The translations under genes and the position numbers were made by a program. Below are positions 1-12,622 of a stretch of DNA of 36,829 bases, in pieces. Within the stretch, counting starts at the first letter, position 1; each line of letters starts with the position of its first letter. The notes beneath the pieces were generated by a model. It saw nothing but the letters and a program-made list of their open reading frames with translations. It was not told where the DNA came from and ran no database searches. Origin of the DNA: Octopus bimaculoides (Eukaryota); contig NC_068987.1 in assembly GCF_001194135.2 (NCBI RefSeq), forward strand, positions 91,016,225-91,053,053, in the 5' to 3' direction.

Positions 1-44
<44 letters not shown>

Positions 45-550
45 GTGCATATGCACACACACACGCATACACACATACATACACATTCACACATATACAC
101 ACATTTTTATGTATGTCTACATTTTTCTCTCTCTACATTTTTCTCTATTAATTTTTTCTCTCCTATTCACTATCATCATCTTACTGTTACCCCGCCTCCT
201 TCATAGCCTTATTTCTTTCCCATATTCCCTCTCTATTTCTTTTCCATTCCTTCTTATTTTTTCCTTCGTTCCCTCGCCATTTCTTTCCGACCAAATCTTC
301 TCTTTCATCACTCTCCCTTCAATAATCACATTTTCATTCTCTTTCACTTATGTCTCTCGCTTACTTTTTCTTCTTGCTTCTGTGTCTATCTCTTCCCCAG
401 CCTCTTTCTAAATTTTTGTATATTTCTGTCTATTCGTGTCTATTCATCTGTACACAGATATGCGCGTATTATATATACACGCAGATTTTATATATTCAAA
501 AGTTCTTCTTTGCTATCGAAAGAACAGAAAATTAAACAAATTCAATTCAC

Positions 551-614
<64 letters not shown>

Positions 615-665
615 GTCTGTCTGTCTTTTTTCTCTCTGTCTCCCTCTCTCTTACTGTATGTATGA

Positions 666-720
<55 letters not shown>
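551..720. repeat. (ATCT)n/(CT)n microsatellite cluster
   Basis: Directly visible. Confidence 0.95.
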
Positions 721-1187
721 CTAATGATGATATATATATAATCATATATCATTTTCATTTTATGCGTGTTTGTACATATTTATATGGATATTGTTGCACA
801 AACACACACATACATATGGAAGTGTTCACATACAAACACGCATAAAAATAATTTACAGACATAATATTATACATATACTAAAACGCCCTTATACACACAC
901 GCACATATATATACACGTATATACATATACGTATATATATANNNNNNNNNNNNNNNNNNNNNNNNNNNNNNNNNNNNNNNNNNNNNNNNNNNNNNNNNNN
1001 NNNNNNNNNNNNNNNNNNNNNNNNNNNNNNNNNNNNNNNNNNNNNNNNNNNNNNNNNNNNNCATATATATATTTATAAACACACACACACATATAATGTT
1101 TGCTTTGTTTATAACTTACGTATGTAAACATATACACACGCACACATATACATAGAATGCACATTTATAACTTTAAGCCTATAAACG

Positions 1188-1228
<41 letters not shown>

Positions 1229-1705
1229 CATATACATACACACACATACTTATACAAAAAATGCCATTATACTTTACAACATATCCTCAGATCAAATGAC
1301 ATCAAATCCTCACAGACAGACAAGAAAACGCACGGAACACATTTTTATACGCAAAGTCAAAATTACCGCAATTGCCATGAGACCTAAACAAAAAAAAAAA
1401 AAGCATGGAACAAAATAAAGACCAGAAAGACAACAGTCTGAAAAAAAATGCACATTGCACAGAAGAGACTTTGTATGACAGAAAACAGATACAACTTCTT
1501 ATACGGTCTCTTATTATCTTTCTGTTTACTTATTTAATCATTCATTATTCAATTTCAACTTCTGTTTGATTTATAAACATACAAAGAGTAATAAACACGC
1601 ATATGTGTGCGTGCGCGCCTGCACACATATGCACGCACACTTATTTGTTTGTATTGATATATAATGTATGTAGAAGTATGTATATATACATACATACATA
1701 CATAC

Positions 1706-1737
<32 letters not shown>

Positions 1738-1806
1738 GTATATATATATATGACATGTATATATATATGACATATATATATATATATATATGTCATATAT
1801 ATGTCA

Positions 1807-1838
<32 letters not shown>

Positions 1839-2901
1839 GGGGAGAATTCACAAAAAACAAAACAAAAAACAAAAGACGAAGACATGTGGTGTAGAAAACA
1901 AACAGATGTATTAGTGTAACGCTCGGGAATTGAAAAAGTCTTTAACGTTTCGAGTCTACGCTCTTCCACAGAAAGGAACACAGAAAGAAACAAGGAGAGA
2001 AAGAAGCAGAGAAAGAAGCAGAGAAAAAAAAAACTGTATGTAGTGGTTAGCGATCTATCATGGCGAATGCCGGACTGAAGGGTCACACAGGAGAGCTTAG
2101 AAGAAGGGGAGATAACAAAGTTGTAGTGATCCCAAGATGAAGGTGCGCGTGTGTGTGAGAGAGTACTATGTGCATGTGAAAGAGGGGTGGTGATCTTGAC
2201 GTGTGGGTGTGTGTATGTGTAGGTGTGAAAATGTGGGGATGGGAATTGGTCAGCGCTGGTGTGTGCGTGGTGGTGTGTTGTGAAGTGATGTGCTGTGTGG
2301 TATGGTGTAGTGTGGTGTGGTCTGATGGTGTTGGGAGGTGGGGGAGGCGAGAGTGGGGAAAGCACGGGTAGAGTGTGGGTTAGAATGAGGGTGGGGTATG
2401 TGGGTTAGGTTGAGGGTGGGAGTAGAGGTGGGGTATGTGGGNNNNNNNNNNAAAGCACGGGTAGAGTGTGGGTTAGAATGAGGGTGGGGTATGTGGGAGA
2501 GGGTGTAAGGGATGGGATGGGATGGGAAGGATGGGAAAGGTGGGGTAGGAATGTGTAGGGGTGGGGTGGGCTTATGAGGGAGGGTTGACGATGAAGGGGA
2601 AGGAGAAGGTAGGTATAAGAGAAGAGAGAAAGAGAGTAGGGTGAAGAGAAGTAGGAGTCGGAGCAAGAAAGGAGAGGTGGGTGGGAGTAGTAGGAGGGAT
2701 AATAGGAGGGAGGGGGAGAGAGGAAAGGGGAGGAGGTATGATGAAGAGGGGAGGAGAGTTGAGCACATGTGGCACAAAGGAGCGAAGAGAGAAGATTAAT
2801 CCCTGTTCACGGCGCGAACGGGAATCCGGACGGCCCATGTGCAAGGACAATCCGAACATGGACAGGTGTTGCAAAGAGTAACTGATAGAGCGGAAATGGC
2901 T
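1839..2901 (-). mobile_element. Penelope-like element (PLE) 3' portion: GIY-YIG endonuclease C-terminal remnant plus 3' LTR-like region with hammerhead motif
   Basis: Minus-strand 2743-2901 translates SHFRSISYSLQHLSMFGLSLHMGRPDSRSRREQGLIFSLRSFVPHVLNSPPLF, matching the PLE GIY-YIG tail pattern (..HF..H....L....R...E..LI..L....P.GLN). Downstream lies an HHR-like motif at 1938-1976. The element ends at a (TA)n tract. Confidence 0.75.
1938..1976 (-). ncRNA. Minimal type I hammerhead ribozyme-like motif in PLE LTR (core variant CUGUGGA)
   Basis: Minus: CUUU-CUGUGGA-A-GAG(CGUAGA)CUC-GAAAC-GUU-AAAG. Stem I is CUUU/AAAG, stem II GAG/CUC, and stem III is the palindromic loopless AACGUU typical of PLE minimal HHRs. 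A6 is replaced by U. Confidence 0.6.
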
Positions 2902-3109
2902 CAATGAACAGTCAACAGAATTTTACAGGGCAGGGATACATGCTCTCATTCGAACGTGGGACATTGCTATTGAGAGAAACAGTGACTATGTTGAGAAGTA
3001 GGGATGTGATCCACAGAGGACCAGCTTCATTTCGATGTATGATACATGTTCCTGTGTTGGTAATTATACCTGTCCTAAACAAAATGGCATTACTTTTTGA
3101 CTCACCCTC

Positions 3110-3112
<3 letters not shown>
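2891..3112 (+). mobile_element. Tc1/mariner (mariner-type) transposon 3' fragment with right TIR and TA target site
   Basis: 2891-3001 translates RKWLNEQSTEFYRAGIHALIRTWDIAIERNSDYVEK*, the mariner C-terminal FY..GI..L..W.....G/S.Y pattern. It ends ...TACTTTTTGACTCACCCTCG|TA (reverse complement TA-CGAGGGTGAGTCAAAAAGTA, a mariner-type TIR), followed by (TA)n. Confidence 0.85.
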
Positions 3113-3144
<32 letters not shown>

Positions 3145-3261
3145 GACTCTCCTGTCGTAAACGAGGCATGAGAGTTCCGTAATTTCTTGCTGAACAATCT
3201 GCACAAATCATTTGTTTATAGTGATCAAATGGATGTGCTGTGCATTAGTTCACTCCCTTCA

Positions 3262-3439
3262 TCAAGTTAACATTGTGTGTACAGATGCGCGGAGTGCCAC
3301 CTGTCGGATGTCGAAGTCATCGTAGCGCAACGTGAAATGACGTGTTTTGCTCAAGAGCGCAACACATTGCTCATCCCGGGAATCGAAACCACGATCTAGC
3401 GATCGCGTGTGTAGCATCCTAACCACTAGGAGATGCACC
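3262..3439 (-). mobile_element. tRNA-derived SINE, family C (5' part)
   Basis: Minus: A-box TAGTGGTTAGG and B-box GGTTTCGATTCC, then CTTGAGCAAAACAC..TTTCACGTTGC shared with the copy at 26985-27230. Confidence 0.75.
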
Positions 3440-3441
3440 GT

Positions 3442-3471
<30 letters not shown>

Positions 3472-3472
<1 letters not shown>

Positions 3473-3771
3473 TTAACTGGCACTCCGTCGGTTACGACGA
3501 GGATTGTTCCAATCAGTCCTCCGATCAATGGAACAGCCTGCTCATGAAATTAATGTGAAAGTGGCTGAGTACTACAAGTACACGTAGTCTTTAGTTACTT
3601 CTCTGAGAGATTCCCTATGACGCAGAATGTGACAGGGTCATCCAGTTGAATTACTGGTACTACTCATTTTTGCCAGCTGAGTGGACTGGAGTAACGTAAA
3701 ATTGTGACTTTGAGTGAAGGACACAATGCACCGCAGGGAATCGAACTGGCGACCTGCAGGGAATCGAACTG
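3472..3771 (-). mobile_element. tRNA-derived SINE, family C (body and tail, duplicated B-box)
   Basis: Minus: GTTCGATTCCCTGC twice, then TTTTACGTTACTCCAGTCCACTCAGCTGGCAAAAATGAGT, homologous to the copy at 26985-27230. Confidence 0.7.
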
Positions 3772-4180
3772 CTGTGTATATGTTTTACTTATATCTGTCT
3801 GATCGAAGTGGGATACGTATTTCAATGTATTTTGACTGAGTGAGAAAAAGATAGAATGATGTTTTAGTTGATGTTTAGCCCCAGGTAGGTCTTAACCCAG
3901 GTAACTCATCAACAATGGTGTCCCGACTGTGATCATCGCATATTTTGTTTCAGATTCAAGGAGTTTAGGGTTACATCATCAAGTGCCAGTACCCTCCTCT
4001 TCTTGTGGTTTTCTTATCACAATGATATCAAGAGACAAGCGTTTATTTTGTTGTCCCCAAAACCAAAATTAGATCAGTTCTCTCGGTTTTGTTTTTGTTT
4101 GTTGAGGTTTTAGTTTTGAATTCTGCCAATATTCTTTGAGGTATCATTTCTATCATTATCGTTTTACTTGTTTTACTTAT

Positions 4181-4384
4181 CTTTTACTTGTTTCAGTAAT
4201 TAGACTGTGGTCATGCTGGGGCACTGCCTTGAAAAGCTTTTAGTCGAATGAATCGACCCCAGGACTTAGTCATTTTAAAACTCGGCACTTATTCTATCGT
4301 ATTTTTTGCCAAACCGCTAAGTTAAGAGGACGTAAGCACAGCACCGGTTGTTAAGAGGTGGTGGGGGACAAACACAGATACAAA

Positions 4385-4423
<39 letters not shown>

Positions 4424-4500
4424 CGGGATTCTTTCAGTTTCCACCAATGAAATCCACTCACAAGGCTTTGGTCGTCACGAGGCTTTAGTAGAAGGCATCT
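4181..4500 (-). mobile_element. SINE family B (OR2/CORE-like, central CA repeat), 5'-truncated
   Basis: Reverse-complement match to 25369-25864 (GAAATCCACTCACAAGGCTTTGGTC; CCAGCATGACCACAGTC..CTGAAACAAGTAAAAG). Confidence 0.8.
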
Positions 4501-4539
4501 TTCTAACTCTATTTATTGTTCTGTCTGCCTCTCAATATA

Positions 4540-6080
4540 ACAACTTATGAGAAGGTAACATCTTGAAGAGATTTTATCGCATTTAGCAATGATGTGGCTA
4601 ACGTTTTCAGTTTGGTTTTTGTTTGATCAAGTTTTGTTGTCAGATGAAACTTTCTGCCTATTGTCTAGAAATTAGAGATTTATTTCTGGATTGCATGCAG
4701 GTAACATTTAAGTTAAGCTGTTTTATAATCTTTTCGGATCTCTGCCAGGCTTTTAGTGTGATATTTTTCCGCTGTATGCTTTGTGTTTTTCGTTTCATGC
4801 ACCCATCTACAATCTTCTCAGTGAAATGGTTATTTTTTTGCTTTTCTTATTACGCTAAACGGGATCGTCTAATATTCCCGGCAAAGAGATCTATGACAGC
4901 CTGTATTTCGCGTCTCTCCTCTAAATTTATTATCTATTTCAATGTTGTTTTATATTTCCGTGCTCTCAAATTCAAGCAAACTAGTTACCGAGATTTTTTT
5001 CTCTGCTAGAGATGCTGCTTCTGTATGCGTGCATGTATCACAATCTGAGTCTCAGATGAGGTTAACAGCGAAAAAGGCTCTGGTCGCCTCCTTTGTGTGG
5101 GAAATATGTCCACATTCTCATTGATACTGAAATCTCCACCAACACTGAGTATTTCTGAATTCTTAAATCCATCCTGCAAATATGTTTGGGGGATATTCGG
5201 ACCTGTAAAGGCTTTGCACTGCAGATCGTCACGGAGAAAAAAATCTCAGTTATGATAAAGAGGTTTTAAAACGTCCTAGTCAGCTTATAGCGCCATCTAT
5301 TGGATTGATGGATGCAATGAAAAAACCACGACAGGCCAAAATAGCTACCGGACATATTTGAAGTGANNNNNNNNNNNNNNNNNNNNNNNNNNNNNNNNNN
5401 NNNNNNNNNNNNNNNNNNNNNNNNNNNNNNNNNNNNNNNNNNNNNNNNNNNNNNNNNNNNNNNNNNNNNNNNNNNNNNNNNNNNNNNNNNNNNNNNNNNN
5501 NNNNNNNNNNNNNNNNNNNNNNNNNNNNNNNNNNNNNNNNNNNNNNNNNNNNNNNNNNNNNNNNNNNNNNNNNNNNNNNNNNNNNNNNNNNNNNNNNNNN
5601 NNNNNNNNNNNNNNNNNNNNNNNNNNNNNNNNNNNNNNNNNNNNNNNNNNNNNNNNNNNNNNNNNNNNNNNNNNNNNNNNNNNNNNNNNNNNNNNNNNNN
5701 NNNNNNNNNNNNNNNNNNNNNNNNNNNNNNNNNNNNNNNNNNNNNNNNNNNNNNNNNNNNNNNNNNNNNNNNNNNNNNNNNNNNNNNNNNNNNNNNNNNN
5801 NNNNNNNNNNNNNNNNNNNNNNNNNNNNNNNNNNNNNNNNNNNNNNNNNNNNNNNNNNNNNNNAACAAAAAAGTACTGCATCCAGTGAGAGATAAACATT
5901 ATTTAATGTACACAGTAGAAAAATAAGAGCTACTAATAGTTTCTTGCTGTGGAAACACGTGTCTAGGGAGGTTTTTATAACACGCATTGTGTCTTCAATC
6001 GGGCTTTCAGCACATAATCTGTTCCATTTGAAAACCAGGATGCTGGTACATGAGAAATCAAGAGAAACAAGTTGATGCAA
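4540..6080 (-). mobile_element. Degenerate R4/Dong-like (RLE-type) non-LTR retrotransposon remnant spanning a gap
   Basis: A-rich minus strand with stops and frameshifts. QTENVSHIIAKCDKISS near 4560-4615 resembles the E...HI...C zinc-knuckle of R4-clade ORFs. ILVFKWN..IEDTMRVIKTSLDTCFHSK near 5950-6045 resembles the post-RT segment. Recognised by eye only. Confidence 0.4.
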
Positions 6081-6426
6081 AAAGTGGAAGGGTGAATAAA
6101 AACGGAAAAAGAAAAAGAAAAAAAATGATAATTATTATTACCACTCTAGTTTCCATTTTTGTCATTCCCGTTGATGGTAGTTAAAAATGATGTTTTTAAT
6201 CACAAAGGTATCAAATAAAAGGGAGATTACAAGGATAAATGGTGGTTAATAAGAGATAATCCCCAGATGAATTACATGATTGATCCACTGCACTGATTTA
6301 CTTTATGAGCCAAGCGAAGCCGAGCCAAGCCGAGATGAACTGCACCGAACAGAGCCGAACGGAACGGAACCGAATGGAACGGAGCTCGATCTTGATTTCC
6401 CAAGACTGATGGTATTCCCATTAAAG

Positions 6427-6439
6427 CAACAACAACAGC

Positions 6440-6487
<48 letters not shown>

Positions 6488-7100
6488 AAATCATAAAATA
6501 CCTAAAAAATAACAACGAAATCATCAACATCAGTAACAATATAAGGAAAACAGCAGCAAGAAGAAGAANNNNNNNNNNNNNNNNNNNNNNNNNNNNNNNN
6601 NNNNNNNNNNNNNNNNNNNNNNNNNNNNNNNNNNNNNNNNNNNNNNNNNNNNNNNNNNNNNNNNNNNNNNNNNNNNNNNNNNNNNNNNNNNNNNNNNNNN
6701 NNNNNNNNNNNNNNNNNNNNNNNNNNNNNNNNNNNNNNNNNNNNNNNNNNNNNNNNNNNNNNNNNNNNNNNNNNNNNNNNNNNNNNNNNNNNNNNNNNNN
6801 NNNNNNNNNNNNNNNNNNNNNNNNNNNNNNNNNNNNNNNNNNNNNNNNNNNNNNNNNNNNNNNNNNNNNNNNNNNNNNNNNNNNNNNNNNNNNNNNNNNN
6901 NNNNNNNNNNNNNNNNNNNNNNNNNNNNNNNNNNNNNNNNNNNNNNNNNNNNNNNNNNNNNNNNNNNNNNNNNNNNNNNNNNNNNNNNNNNNNNNNNNNN
7001 NNNNNNNNNNNNNNNNNNNNNNNNNNNNNNNNNNNNNNNNNNNNNNNNNNAGAAGAAGAAGAAGAAGAAGAAGAAGAAGAAGAAGAAGAAGAAGAAGAAG

Positions 7101-7131
<31 letters not shown>

Positions 7132-7473
7132 TAAATTAATTAAGAAGGACTTCGAAATCCTTTATTTATTTTGGTCTCGTGAGGAAACCGCAGAGAAAAT
7201 GGTTTGTTCGACTGTGGTGAATAAAAACAAAATGGAGTCGCATCTTTCTACGAAAACAGCAACAATAAGAACAAGTCTAGAATGAGAAAAACTAACAAAC
7301 AAGCTATACAGCAACAATAGCAGCAAGTAGTAGTAGTAGTAGTAGCAGCAGCAGCAGCAGCAGCAACAGCCATAGCATCAAGTGCAGTCGTAACAATAGT
7401 TATAGCACAAGAATAAGTCTCAGAGGTTCTAGTAGTAGCAGTAGTAGAGGTAGAAAATAGCAGATACCCACTC

Positions 7474-7533
<60 letters not shown>

Positions 7534-7720
7534 TCAGTCATTCATTGATTCATTCATTCTTTCTTTCTTTCTTTCTTTCTTTTCTTTCTTTTGTTTGTTT
7601 ACTTCTTGTTTGCTTCTTTGAGAGAGAAAGCGAGAGAGGGAGAGAATGTGAGAGAGAAAGAAAGAGAAAGAGAGAACGTGAGAAAAAGAAAGAGAAAGAG
7701 AGAGAGAGCATACGTTTATA
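6427..7720. repeat. Compound microsatellite block: (CAA)n, (GAA)n across gap, (AGT/AGC)n, (CTTT)n, (GA)n
   Basis: Directly visible. Confidence 0.95.
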
Positions 7721-8100
7721 AGGAAATGACAATATTTGTAGCTGCATATTAAGAAAGGCATGAACATCACGCATTCTTGTTCCTCTCAATCCCAAATCGT
7801 TGGTTCGTGTTTGGATAAAACACCAATAAGTGTCCAAAGGGCTCTGAAAGAGAAAGAAACGATAGTGACGTAACAGAATATCAGGCTATATGTATTACAA
7901 TGTCTGGGTTTTGTCGTTTTACTTACCGAATTGGAGTCTCACCGTGGGTCAGTGGAGTCCTTTCATTTCAGTGGGTTCAAGAAAACCATTACAGTTGTTG
8001 CTGTTGTTATTTTACTCCACATTATATCTGACTGAGCTGATCTCGCGAATGGAATTATATTGAAAGAACCATGTCTGTTTTTTTTTTATTAAGCCTTTAA

Positions 8101-8520
8101 GGCGGCAATCAAGCAGAAAATGCGAAGCGGCATTTCGTCCGTCTTTACGATTTTAGTTCAAAATCTATCGGTGTCGACTTTGCCTTTTATCCTTTCGGTT
8201 GATAATATAAATACCAGTTAAGTACTGCGGTCGATGTAATCGTCTATATTTCTCCCTCAGACTTTGTGCCTATAATAGAAAGGATTATCAAGTTTTCGAG
8301 GTTGGCAGAATCACTCCCCCTCCGGTCAAAAGGCTTAGTAGGATTGCTTCTGGTTCTTTTCGTTCTGAGTTCAAATGCCATTAAGAGTCGACTTCGCATT
8401 TCATCCTTTCGGGGTCGATAAAATAAGTACTGACTGAGCATTGGGGTCGATGTAATCGACTAGTCCCCCCTCCCCCCACCAAACTTCAGGCCTTTTGTTT
8501 ATATTAAAAAGAACTATTAT
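8101..8520 (+). mobile_element. Two tandem degenerate SINE family A copies
   Basis: Both carry the GTCGACTT(T/C)GC..TT(C/T)ATCCTTTCGG..GATAA core and the GGTCGATGTAATCG hairpin. Tails end GGATTAT (8287) and CTATTAT (8520). Confidence 0.8.
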
Positions 8521-9327
8521 GTCTCGAGGAAGGGGCAGTACCCATCGCCTACCCAAACGTCCCCTTTTGATTAACGTATTGCAAGTCGAAGATTGCAAGA
8601 AATACACGTGCAGAGAGGGAATTCTTGGAGGCCGACTTTCTAGGGAAGGACTTGCCCTTGTTTTATACGTCCTGAGTAATATAAAGGTTTCTTTTCACAA
8701 GTTCAAAGTTATTCTGGTGGTTGAAATGAATTGGGAATGAGTTTCAATATATGTTGCATGGATGCCAGAGAAATATGTTCTGCGTATCTCATTCACATGA
8801 CAGGAAAAAGAGTTAAGGTGCTTCTTTCAGAAAACGATCTCCTCCAGATATAGCGATATGATTGTATTTTGTCTTGTAGAATGGTTTGGGCTGCATCAAA
8901 CTCACTCTGTATATTTTTCTGCTTCAGTTTAAGTTATTCAGTTGTTTAATTTAAATGTCTCTTCGTTTGATTATTTTATGCCATTCGTTTCTGGACAAAT
9001 CTCAAGATTGGTTTTCCGCCAGATTTCGTAAGTCAATTCCGTGATATTTTTCGAAGACCTTTAAAGCTGTTAAGTATTCGGCTCTGCTTCATTTGTGTCC
9101 AACACATTTCTTTTTGACCCAGCGCCAATAAACGATTCCACTTTGTTGTGTGGTTCCACTTGGTTAAGTCACATTGGTGAATTATTTCTTTATTTATTTC
9201 ATGATTCTAAAGATTTCTAGGCATCGCGTCGTTAAAATAATACATGGAACAACACAGGGTATAGAATATTCACGAGATATTAATATTCCCTTATATACTG
9301 GAAATGTGGAGGTGCGTGGCTTAGTGG

Positions 9328-9371
<44 letters not shown>

Positions 9372-10301
9372 TGGAATTCCATTATATCTAACTCTAAGGC
9401 TGATCACAAGCTAATGTCTCGCAGAAAAAAAAAGAAAAAGAAAACTTCCTCCAAACTTAATCCTGTTTGGAACAATTGTCTTGGTCTGAAAATCCTTTAA
9501 TGCTATAATAATCAAGTGGCTGTTGTTCGGTTTGTAATCTCTGTTACACATCGCCAACGATGGTAGTTTAGACGTAACTGTGAGGACATAAAGGGACGGT
9601 TTTACTGATGGCTGAGTGGGCGAAATTATGATACTGAAATATTTTATGGGTCAATATTGGAAACCAAATTTCAAATCTAAGCAATTTTTTACAAGGAAGT
9701 TTTACGGCTGTTGACAGCTGCAGTCTAGTTGAGACGATAAAAAAAAGCATTTAATGAATATCGATAAACATTTATAACGTTTATATCCGGATTCTTATCC
9801 CTAAATCTTAGAACGCAGCATACGTATTCAAATGCTAACAAAAAGTTCACAAAAATTCGATTGAATATTTAAAATTATGCTTCCTTATAAATAATGCTAT
9901 AAATAAAACTAAACCTTCCTATTTTTGGTGCGGCATTTTCTTTTGAAGTGATTCTCTGAGACCAGGAAAATTAACCGTTCATTTCAAAGTGTGTCTATCC
10001 TGAATATGCAGGGAAGCCTCATCTATAATTCAAACGGCTGAAAGACAAGAGATTAAACAATAGTTAATTGCTGAAATATTAAAGTCATTGATTAGCAAGA
10101 AAGAACACGAACTCCTAATTAAGAACTCAGCGCCGTTTGGTGAAAAAAAAACACAAAAAAAACAGAGGGAAAAAATATGGGAACTAGTCATTGAAATATA
10201 TCTTAGGACAACCCAGAATAACAGAAAAAGCAGACTATGGAATTATTCCTCAGTATCCATTCTGTCTACTGTTGCAAGGATGAAATTGCAAGCTATGCCG
10301 T

Positions 10302-10545
10302 GGCATATTTGTTTCAGCCATTGGACTGCGGCCATGCTGGGGCATCCCTAAAGGATTTAGTCGAACAAATCGACTCCAGTACTGATTCTGTTTTTTGTTC
10401 CTTTTCAAGTCTAGAACTTATTCTGCCGTACTCTTTTGCCGAACTGCTAAGTTACGGGAACGTGAGCCAACCAGCACCAGGTGTCAAGCGGAGTGGGTAA
10501 AAAACACAAACACAAAGACACGCATGCACATGGACGATGATTATC
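10302..10545 (-). mobile_element. SINE family B 3' half
   Basis: TTTCAGCCATTGGACTGCGGCCATGCTGGGGC...GCTAAGTTACGGGAACG is the reverse complement of 25690-25860. Confidence 0.8.
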
Positions 10546-10925
10546 GGAAGGTAACTGTCTGGAAATGTTTGTTACTTTCTATGACACTTCGTTACACTTT
10601 GTTAAAAATAGGACTTCGAGTTCATGGAATCCAGTGCAGCAGGGCCTTCATCACACAACTTGTTCAAATTTTTGCTTAACTGCAAACTGGGGATTTTGAA
10701 TAACCCCCACCCCAGGTTTTGAGAAATAATCGCTCTCACTTTACACCTGATCGATGAAAAAATATCTCACAAATACCCTCAGAGCACTTCGATTAAATCC
10801 TAGATGACTTGAATAACAGATTTATTGTTATCCGAAATACATGAAATATATTTCCTGGGTTGCTCTGTTATTTTTTTTTCAACTGGAAAAATAATGAGTA
10901 AATGGCTAAAATGGAATCTGATCGC

Positions 10926-11136
10926 ATTGGTTTCAAATTTTAGCACGAGGCCAATAAGTTTAGTGGAGGGGTAAGTCGATTACATCGACCCTAGTATTCA
11001 ACTGGTCCTTGTTTTATCGACTTCAAAAGGATGAAAAGCGAAGTCGATCTCGGAGTAATTTGAACCCAAACGTAGGGATGGACGAACGTTGATAAGCATT
11101 TCACTCGGCATGCTAACAACTCTGCCAGCTCGCCGC
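10926..11136 (-). mobile_element. SINE family A, full length, degenerate ~15-bp TSD
   Basis: Head GCGGCGAGCTGGCAGAG, B-box-like GGTTCAAATT and the family core. Flanks GAATCTGATCGCATT and GAACCTGATCTTATT. Confidence 0.85.
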
Positions 11137-12204
11137 ATTAGAACCTGATCTTATTTACAAACTAATGAAGGCAGTTTGAGTGAAACCGAACCTGCTTCAA
11201 AGCAATATTTCATATGGTTTGATCCTCAAGTTGTTGCTAAATAGAACCAATTAAATGCAGACATTTAGAAGCTGCTTTTACATTTTCCTTCAACATATTT
11301 GGTCGAATGTGCGTTAAGTGTAGAGACAACTAAATATGCAGAAAGAAGGACGAAAAAACGAGAACTTCCCATATTTCTGAGTGTGGCAACCTTCAAGAAA
11401 AAAAGCTATCTGCATTTGTTACACTGTATTTCAGTTTCTCTGCACGAAGGCCAAAGTTAGCATTAAATCAAATAAAAGTTTTGTTTTACGAGGATTTTAT
11501 TAATACCCATATTTTTCTTTTAATGACCCAATAATAATGTGTTTTTGGCCTGCCAACAACATATTTGAGCATTAAATCAAATACAACTTTTATGATTCAT
11601 TGAAATAGTTATTTCTTTTTCCATTGGTTGGCAATTAACAAAGACATTTAAATCCATAAACTGTTTGAATAATTACCACTGTAAAAAGTATAATGGGGAA
11701 AAAATTACTTCGTGGCAAATCAAAACTGGAGAAAAATTAAACAAAACCTGGGTTTTGTGGTCTCTGAGAACCTTTTATTGTTTTTTTTTTACATGAAGGC
11801 AAATATTTCGATGAAGACGTTTTATAGTCTGCAAAAAAATCGGTTGCAATATAACCCCTTCCAGTTCTGATCTTTGAGAATAATGTTAAGCTGAACTTTC
11901 GGTCATCTTCAGATTGAAGGCAACAAGAATTAATGAGTTCGCAATGTAGGAATGCGGTCTTAACTAACGGCACCAACTGTTCAATTCACAAGAAAATGGT
12001 TAATGTTTTCTTAGAGCTTATTGTTATGGAATAAGAATTGTGATATATCAACAGTAACTGTTAGAAAATATGGAAGATTAGACATTAATTCGGACTAGTT
12101 TTCCATTTCCTTGATAATAAATATTTAATACCTAGAACAACGTATTCGTTAGTTTCAACAATAACTGTTCTAATTATTTCATTAATTGAACTGCTTCGTC
12201 ATAT

Positions 12205-12490
12205 AATTAGAGAATAAGTGGCTGAGTATTCTGTACACTCATGTGCCCTTAATGTAATCGTCGGTTGTGACAGGATGTATGATATGGTTGGCCCTTCGAA
12301 TTATGGGTACAGCCCATCACTCGGATCAGCTCGATATATATATATGTATTTTCAATTTCAACGCAACACCCGAGTAGATACGCCGCTGTGATAAAAAAAA
12401 CAACAAAGGTCTTATTCCAGGTGCTACAATGAGAACGAATTCGGGACACTCGGCTTACAAAAATAGCTTCTTAATCATTTAGCTATACTT
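12205..12490 (-). mobile_element. Degenerate tRNA-derived SINE (family C-like tail)
   Basis: Minus-strand head TAGCTAAATGATTAAGAAGC. The GTGGCTGAGTATTC segment is shared with 3561-3580. Confidence 0.5.
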
Positions 12491-12506
12491 GTGCATTGCG
12501 TACATT

Positions 12507-12622
<116 letters not shown>

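Noticed and set aside
2359-2497. 46-bp direct repeat flanking the 10-N gap
   Set aside because: Most likely contig-overlap artefact or an internal PLE minisatellite.
8480-9170. A-rich minus-strand broken frames including YWRWVKKKC (FLYWCH-like)
   Set aside because: The motif is too short and surrounded by stops. Possibly old TE, but unclassifiable by eye.
9309-9329. tRNA-like A-box GGTGCGTGGCTTAGTGGTTA
   Set aside because: Only a SINE head stub cut by (TA)n, not a tRNA gene. No cloverleaf is seen anywhere in the window.
9604-9632. CTGATGG...GCGAAAT, hammerhead-like
   Set aside because: A9 is mutated and the stems are unconvincing.
11895-11915. Minus CTGAAGA-TGACC-GAAAG, hammerhead-like
   Set aside because: No room for stem II, and no stem I or III.
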